Assembly (NCBI GenBank): GCA_963713975.1
Contig: OY970218.1
Coordinates: 3,072,001-3,136,000, forward strand
Length of the DNA: 64,000 nucleotides
Source of the DNA: an uncultured Chloroflexia bacterium
GTDB taxonomy: Bacteria > Chloroflexota > Limnocylindria > Limnocylindrales > CSP1-4
Direction of reading: 5' to 3'
Both the position numbers and the translations under genes were made by a program. The stretch's first letter is position 1; each line of letters starts with the position of its first letter. Below the pieces are notes generated by a model. That model was not told the DNA's origin. It searched no databases and saw only the letters and a program-made list of their open reading frames with translations. Below, piece after piece: positions 58,955-64,000 of this stretch.

Positions 58955-60289
58955 CTAACGGCGTCCGAGAAGCTGGCCCATCGCGGCACGGCGTCCGCCT
59001 GCACCCGACAGCTGCTTCATGAGCTTCTGCATCTCGCTGAACTGTTTCACGAGGCGGTTGACCTCCGGAAGGGAGGTCCCCGACCCGGTTGCGATCCGGC
59101 GGCGCCGCGAGGCATTGAGAACCCCGGGCTCCCGACGCTCGCGCGGTGTCATGGACAGGATGATCGCCTCGACCCGCTTGAGATCCCCACGGTCCACGGC
59201 GGCCTGCGCCTCATTGGCCATCCCGCCCATGCCGGGGATCATCCCCATCAACTGGCCCATCGGGCCCATCTTCTGCATCTGGCGCATGGATCCCAGCATG
59301 TCCTCGAGGGTGAAGGCACCCTTCCGGACCTGCTCCTCGAGCTTCGCGGCCTCCTTCTCGTCGAAGGCCTCCTGGGCACGCTCGACCAGGGTCAGCACGT
59401 CACCCATGCCGAGGATGCGCCCCGCCAGCCGGTCCGGGTGGAAGACCTCCAGCGCGTCCGTCTTCTCGCCGGTGCCCAGGAACTTGACCGGGATCCCGGT
59501 GACGGCGCCAATCGAGAGGGCCGCGCCGCCGCGGGCGTCCCCGTCGATCTTGGTCAGGACGAGGCCCGTGACCGGCACCGCGCCCGCGAACCCCTGGGCG
59601 ACCGTGACGGCCTCCTGGCCAGTCATCGCGTCGACCACGAGCAGCGTCTCGACCGGCCTGGTGGCCGCTGCGACGGCGCGGATCTCGTCCATCAGGGCGT
59701 CGTCGATGGTCAGGCGCCCGGCGGTGTCGATGATCACGGTGTCCCGGCCGATCCGCTTCGCGTGCTCGATGCCACCGCGGGCGATGTCGATGGTCGGGGT
59801 GCCGACGGGCGCGCGATAGACCGCGACGCCGATGCTCTTGCCAAGCGTCTCGAGCTGGTCTGCGGCGGCAGGTCGATAGGGATCGGCGGCGACCAGCAGC
59901 GGCTGCCGGCCGAGCTTGATGATGTGCTTGGCAAGCTTGGCGGCCGAGGTGGTCTTGCCCGAGCCCTGCAGGCCGACGAGCGCGATCACGGCGGGATTGC
60001 CGACCAGCTTGAAGTTGCGGTCCCCCGTCGAGAGCAGCGCCGTGAGCTCCTCGTGGACGATCTTCACGACCTGCTGCCCGGCCGTCAGGCTCTCGAGCAC
60101 CTCGGCCCCGATGGCGCGCTCACGGACGCGGGCCACGAACTCCTTGACGACCTTGAAGTTGACGTCTGCTTCGAGGAGGGCGAGGCGGACCTCACGCATG
60201 GCCGCGTCCACGTCCGCCTCGGACACGCGACCACGACCGGTCAACCCGGCGAGGGTCTTGCGGAGGCGGTCACTGAGGCTGTCGAACAT
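58955..60289 (-). CDS. ffh: Signal recognition particle protein
   Basis: ALLEADV, GLQGSGKTT, DTAGR, TKIDGDARGG, Met-rich M domain. Confidence 0.98.
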   Translation of the reverse strand: MFDSLSDRLRKTLAGLTGRGRVSEADVDAAMREVRLALLEADVNFKVVKEFVARVRERAIGAEVLESLTAGQQVVKIVHEELTALLSTGDRNFKLVGNPAVIALVGLQGSGKTTSAAKLAKHIIKLGRQPLLVAADPYRPAAADQLETLGKSIGVAVYRAPVGTPTIDIARGGIEHAKRIGRDTVIIDTAGRLTIDDALMDEIRAVAAATRPVETLLVVDAMTGQEAVTVAQGFAGAVPVTGLVLTKIDGDARGGAALSIGAVTGIPVKFLGTGEKTDALEVFHPDRLAGRILGMGDVLTLVERAQEAFDEKEAAKLEEQVRKGAFTLEDMLGSMRQMQKMGPMGQLMGMIPGMGGMANEAQAAVDRGDLKRVEAIILSMTPRERREPGVLNASRRRRIATGSGTSLPEVNRLVKQFSEMQKLMKQLSGAGGRRAAMGQLLGRR

Positions 60290-60445
60290 GCGAAGACGGC
60301 GACCCTTGGCTGTCGGTGAGGATCAGGCCGCACGGCGGAGGCCGGCGGATGGTGCGCGGGTTCTGGCGACACCGAGGCGTCCGGAGTGTACGTCATGCAC
60401 TGTGCCAGTGCCCCCGCCGAAGGTCCCGGGCGGTACCCTCCCGCG

Positions 60446-61753
60446 GTGACCGCGGACCCCCTGCTCGATCCGATCCCGCCCACGCACGATATCGCCCCCT
60501 CTCCCGGGCTCCGGCGGAACCGGGCCTTCCTGCTGGTGTGGGGGGCGGCGACGATCTCCGTGTTCGGGTCGTTCGTCACCCGGATCGCGCTGCCGTTCGT
60601 GGCGATCGAGACGCTTCACGCGGGGCCGATCGAGATCGCCGCGCTGCGCAGCCTGGACCTCGTCGCGGCGCTGCTGGTGGGGTTCGTGGCCGGCGCGTGG
60701 GTGGACCGGCTGCGCCGGCGCCCCGTGATGATCTGGTCCGATCTCGGCCGGGCGGCCCTGCTGGGCTCGATCCCGGTCGCGGCCATCGGCGGCTGGCTCA
60801 CGCTCCCCCATGTCTTCATCGTCTCGTCGCTCGCCGCCGTCTTCACCACGTTCTTCGACGTCGCCGACAAGGCATACCTGCCGGCCGTTGTCGGCCGCTC
60901 GGATCTCGTACGCGCCAACGGGGCCCTGGCCGCCACCAGCAGCGCCGTGGAGTTCCTTGCCTTCGGCGCCGCCGGGTTCCTGGTCAAGCTCCTCACGGCG
61001 CCGATCGCCATCGCCATCGACGCGTGCTCGTTCCTCGTCTCCGCCCTGCTGCTGGGTGGCATCCGACGACCGGAGGCGGCGCCGCCACCAGCGGCGGACC
61101 GTGCGCCGGTGCTCGCGGAGATCCGGGAGGGCATGCGGCTCGTTGCGGACGATCCGATCCTGCGCGGCCTGCTGTGGGGCACGATGGGACTGGCGGCGAT
61201 GTGGGGCGTGTTCGGCGCGACGTTCCTGCTGTTCGCGAACGGCGAGCTTGACCTGGATCCCGCCACGATCGGGGTCGTGGCGGCGCTCGGCGGCTTCGGA
61301 TCGCTCATGGGCGCGCTGCTAGCGGAGCGGTCTGCGCGGCGTTTCGGACTGGGCCACCTGGTGGTCGGCTCGCTCCTGCTCGCGGCCCTCGGCAACCTGC
61401 TGATCCCGCTCGCCCCCGCCGGGCTGCCGCTGGTCGCGGTCGCCTTCCTCGTGGGCCAGCAGCTGATCGGCGACACCGCCGTGACGGTGTTCGACGTCAC
61501 CGAGGTGTCCATCCGCCAGGCCCGCGTGCAGGACCGGCACCTGGGTCGGGTCAACGCGACCGTCAGGGTCGTGATGGTCCTGGCACAGCTGCTCGGGACG
61601 GTGGCGGGCGGCATCCTGGCGGAGGTCATCGGCCTGCGCGGGGCGGCTTTCCTCGCGCCCGTGTTCGCGCTCGTGGGGTCGGTTGGGCTCTACCGGTCAC
61701 CGGTGTGGCGGATCCGGCGCGCCGACGCGGTCGACCGGGAGGCCGCGGCGTAG
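60446..61753 (+). CDS. MFS transporter (DHA3/macrolide efflux-like)
   Basis: About 12 TM segments, AGAWVDRLRRRPVMI..D motif. GTG at 60446 lies 6 nt after TACCCT. Confidence 0.88.
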   Translation: MTADPLLDPIPPTHDIAPSPGLRRNRAFLLVWGAATISVFGSFVTRIALPFVAIETLHAGPIEIAALRSLDLVAALLVGFVAGAWVDRLRRRPVMIWSDLGRAALLGSIPVAAIGGWLTLPHVFIVSSLAAVFTTFFDVADKAYLPAVVGRSDLVRANGALAATSSAVEFLAFGAAGFLVKLLTAPIAIAIDACSFLVSALLLGGIRRPEAAPPPAADRAPVLAEIREGMRLVADDPILRGLLWGTMGLAAMWGVFGATFLLFANGELDLDPATIGVVAALGGFGSLMGALLAERSARRFGLGHLVVGSLLLAALGNLLIPLAPAGLPLVAVAFLVGQQLIGDTAVTVFDVTEVSIRQARVQDRHLGRVNATVRVVMVLAQLLGTVAGGILAEVIGLRGAAFLAPVFALVGSVGLYRSPVWRIRRADAVDREAAA

Positions 61754-61781
61754 CCGTTCGGAGACGGCCTCGGTGGGACCG

Positions 61782-62963
61782 CTAGTCGAACAGGGCCTCC
61801 ACGAAGTCCTCGGGGTCGAACGGGAGCAGGTCCTCCGCCTTCTCCCCCACCCCGACGAACCGGACCGGGACGCCGAGATCCTTCTCGATCGCGAACACGA
61901 TGCCGCCCTTCGCCGTCGAGTCCAGCTTGGTCAGGACCACCCCGGTGAGGCCGACCACCTGGTGGAAGGCCTTCGCCTGGGCGAGCCCGTTCTGGCCGGT
62001 GGTGGCATCGAGCACGAAGAACGTCTCGACCCGGGCACCCGGGATCCGCTTGTCGATCATCCGGCGGACCTTGCTCAGTTCGTCCATCAGGTTTGACTTG
62101 GTGTGGAGCCGGCCGGCTGTGTCGGCGATCAGGATGTCGGCGTGGCGTGCGATGGCCGCGTCGAGGGCGTCGAACACCACGGCAGCAGGGTCGGCGTTGG
62201 GAGCGTGCGCCACGATCTCCGACCCGGTGCGCTGGGCCCAGATTCGGAGCTGGTCGATGGCGGCGGCCCGGAACGTATCGGCGGCCGCAAGCACCACATG
62301 CCGGCCGCTGGCCCGCTCGCGCGCGGCGAGCTTGCCGATCGTCGTGGTCTTGCCGGTCCCGTTGACGCCGACCACGAGGACGATTGCGGGCGCGCCGTCG
62401 GCGGCGGGGACGGGCTCCCAGTGCTCCGCATCGCGCGGTGCGAGCAGGCCGGCGAGCTCGCTTCGCACCGCCACCTCCGCGCTGACGTCCCGGCGCTTGC
62501 GGGCGCGCTCCACCAGATCCATGGCCAGGACCGCGCCGACGTCACCGGTGATCAGCGTCTCCTCGATCTCGTCCCAGTCCGCGTCGCCGCCGACCCCGAA
62601 CGCGTCGCGTAGGCGGGCCCCGAACCCGGTCCGGGATTTCTCCAGGCCCTGCTCGAGCTGCTCGCGCTCGCGCTCGCGACGCTCGGCATCGGCCTTCTCG
62701 GGGCTGTAGTCGGCGCCCCACGCCCACTGGGCCTCCGGCTCCGGTTCGGGTGCCGGTTCGGGCTCGGGCACGGGCTCGGGTTTCGGCTCGGGCTCGGGTT
62801 CAGGTTCGGCCACAACATCACCGGGCGAGCCCTGCTGCCACTCGTCGCCGATGAGGTCCGCGGCGCCATCGACGGGCAGCTCGGGCTGCCCGAGCAGCTC
62901 GGGCTGCGGGGGCAGCTCGGGCTGCGGGTCCTGGGGCTGGCCGCCGCGTCGGAAGAGCCGCAT
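61782..62963 (-). CDS. ftsY: SRP receptor FtsY
   Basis: GVNGTGKTT, DTFRAAA, DTAGR, TKLDSTAKGG; acidic N-terminal domain. ATG at 62963 (TAATG overlap). Confidence 0.96.
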   Translation of the reverse strand: MRLFRRGGQPQDPQPELPPQPELLGQPELPVDGAADLIGDEWQQGSPGDVVAEPEPEPEPKPEPVPEPEPAPEPEPEAQWAWGADYSPEKADAERREREREQLEQGLEKSRTGFGARLRDAFGVGGDADWDEIEETLITGDVGAVLAMDLVERARKRRDVSAEVAVRSELAGLLAPRDAEHWEPVPAADGAPAIVLVVGVNGTGKTTTIGKLAARERASGRHVVLAAADTFRAAAIDQLRIWAQRTGSEIVAHAPNADPAAVVFDALDAAIARHADILIADTAGRLHTKSNLMDELSKVRRMIDKRIPGARVETFFVLDATTGQNGLAQAKAFHQVVGLTGVVLTKLDSTAKGGIVFAIEKDLGVPVRFVGVGEKAEDLLPFDPEDFVEALFD

Positions 62964-63259
62964 TACCGCTCCTCGTCCTCCTTGGCCTCGGGCATCGGGA
63001 CGATCGGGGCCGGATCGACCTCGCCCCAGCCACCCAGCAACGCACCGGGCGCCTCGGCCAGGTCCCACTCGAGCTCGTTTGGCTCTGGGACGACCTGGTC
63101 CGGCGAGCCCTGCTTCCACTCGTCGCCGATGAGGTCCGGCTCGAGACCGCCCTCCGGGTACAGCGACCTGACCATGCCCTCGGGCACATCGGCCTCGGCG
63201 GCCGGTTCCTGCTCGGGCTCCTGGTCCTGCGGCTTCTCGCCGTGATGGAACGGGTTCAT
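62963..63259 (-). CDS. 98-aa acidic protein paralogous to the FtsY N-terminus
   Basis: Stop/start overlaps with both smc (TGATG) and ftsY (TAATG); shares DLIGDEWxQGSP with FtsY. Confidence 0.7.
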   Translation of the reverse strand: MNPFHHGEKPQDQEPEQEPAAEADVPEGMVRSLYPEGGLEPDLIGDEWKQGSPDQVVPEPNELEWDLAEAPGALLGGWGEVDPAPIVPMPEAKEDEER

Positions 63260-64000
63260 CAGCGCTTCCTGCCTTCCGAACGCCCACCCCCGGCGCCCTC
63301 GAGATCCCCGCGGACCTCGGTGCTCCGGTGGTCGGCCATGGCCTGCGCCTCTTCGAGGCGCAGGCTGATGACGCGGCTGACGGAGTCGTCGCCGACCGTG
63401 ACACCGTACAGGGCGTCGGCGACCTCGATCGTGCCGCGGTTGTGGGTGATGACGATGAACTGCGTCTGCGCAGTGAGCTCGCGCAGGGCATCCGTGAAGC
63501 GGCTGACGTTCGCCTCGTCGAGGGCTGCATCGACCTCGTCCAGCACGCAGAACGGCGCGGGCCGCACCTCGAGCATCGCGAACAGGAGCGCGACCGCGGT
63601 GAGGGCCCGCTCCCCGCCCGAGAGCATCGACAGCGCCTGGGGCTTCTTGCCCGGCGGGCGCGCCGTGATCTCGATGCCGGTCGCGGACAGGTCAGCCGGG
63701 TCGGTGAGCGACAGCTTCGCGAAGCCACCCCCGAAGAGCTGTTGGAACCGGCGGTCGAACGCGACCTCCAGGGCGGCGAACGTCGCCCGGAACTGGGTCG
63801 CGATCAGGTGGTCGAGATCCGCGATCAGGCTCCGCGTCTTCGCGATCGCATCGCGCAGGTCCTTGTCCTGTGCGTCCAGGGTCTCGAGGCGCTCCCGCAC
63901 GGCCCGGTATTCGTCCACCGCGAACGGATTGGCCGCACCCATCTCGTGGAACCGGCGGCGGAGCGTCGCAAGGCGACCGGGCGACGGCGCTTCGCCATCG
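63259..64000 (-). CDS. smc: Chromosome partition protein SMC, C-terminal part
   Basis: PPGKK, LSGGER, PFCVLDEVDAALD, QFIVITHN; upstream of ftsY. Confidence 0.93.
   Translation of the reverse strand, partial: DGEAPSPGRLATLRRRFHEMGAANPFAVDEYRAVRERLETLDAQDKDLRDAIAKTRSLIADLDHLIATQFRATFAALEVAFDRRFQQLFGGGFAKLSLTDPADLSATGIEITARPPGKKPQALSMLSGGERALTAVALLFAMLEVRPAPFCVLDEVDAALDEANVSRFTDALRELTAQTQFIVITHNRGTIEVADALYGVTVGDDSVSRVISLRLEEAQAMADHRSTEVRGDLEGAGGGRSEGRKR

Noticed and set aside
56483-60319. 1278-aa plus-strand ORF
   Set aside because: Antisense shadow of rpsP/DUF3352/ffh. Long stop-free antisense frames are expected at high GC, and it has no recognisable motifs.
62735-62935. Short tandem repeats in ftsY (also at ~1995-2055 and 36240-36279) as a CRISPR array
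   Set aside because: They are in-frame Pro/Glu codon repeats without unique spacers, and there are no cas genes.

Overview
High-GC (~70%) bacterial chromosomal segment, mostly housekeeping genes on the minus strand. Gene order and protein style suggest Chloroflexota, possibly Limnocylindria; this is inference, not tested. In transcription order (right to left): smc(3' end)-small acidic ORF-ftsY, MFS, ffh-DUF3352-rpsP-khpA-rimM-trmD-rplS, rnhB-yraN, rpsB-tsf-pyrH-frr-uppS-cdsA-dxr-rseP-ispG, nusA-ylxR-infB-rbfA-DHH-truB-ribF. Next comes a ~14 kb accessory block (xylA/xylB, xylFHG, ROK repressor, Gfo/Idh/MocA, vanadium haloperoxidase, CRTAC1-like, M24-like), then rpsO-pnp and asd-udg-rnj-ftsK-ftsK'-rodZ-cinA-murC-SnoaL-yajQ-ThDP enzyme-DUF952. 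I saw no rRNA, tRNA, CRISPR array, integrase or transposase. Most notable: (1) PNPase carries an in-frame DEDDh (DnaQ-like) 3'-5' exonuclease domain with intact catalytic motifs between its two RNase PH domains. (2) There are two tandem ftsK genes: a ~2.9 kb compositionally atypical segment gives the membrane anchor a second motor domain and fuses a Zn-ribbon/PH-like domain to the host-like motor. (3) A stand-alone paralog of the FtsY acidic N-terminus sits just upstream of ftsY. (4) A haloperoxidase operon shares a putative XylR operator with xylose genes. (5) There are several unannotated small membrane peptides, leaderless genes and possible non-canonical start codons.
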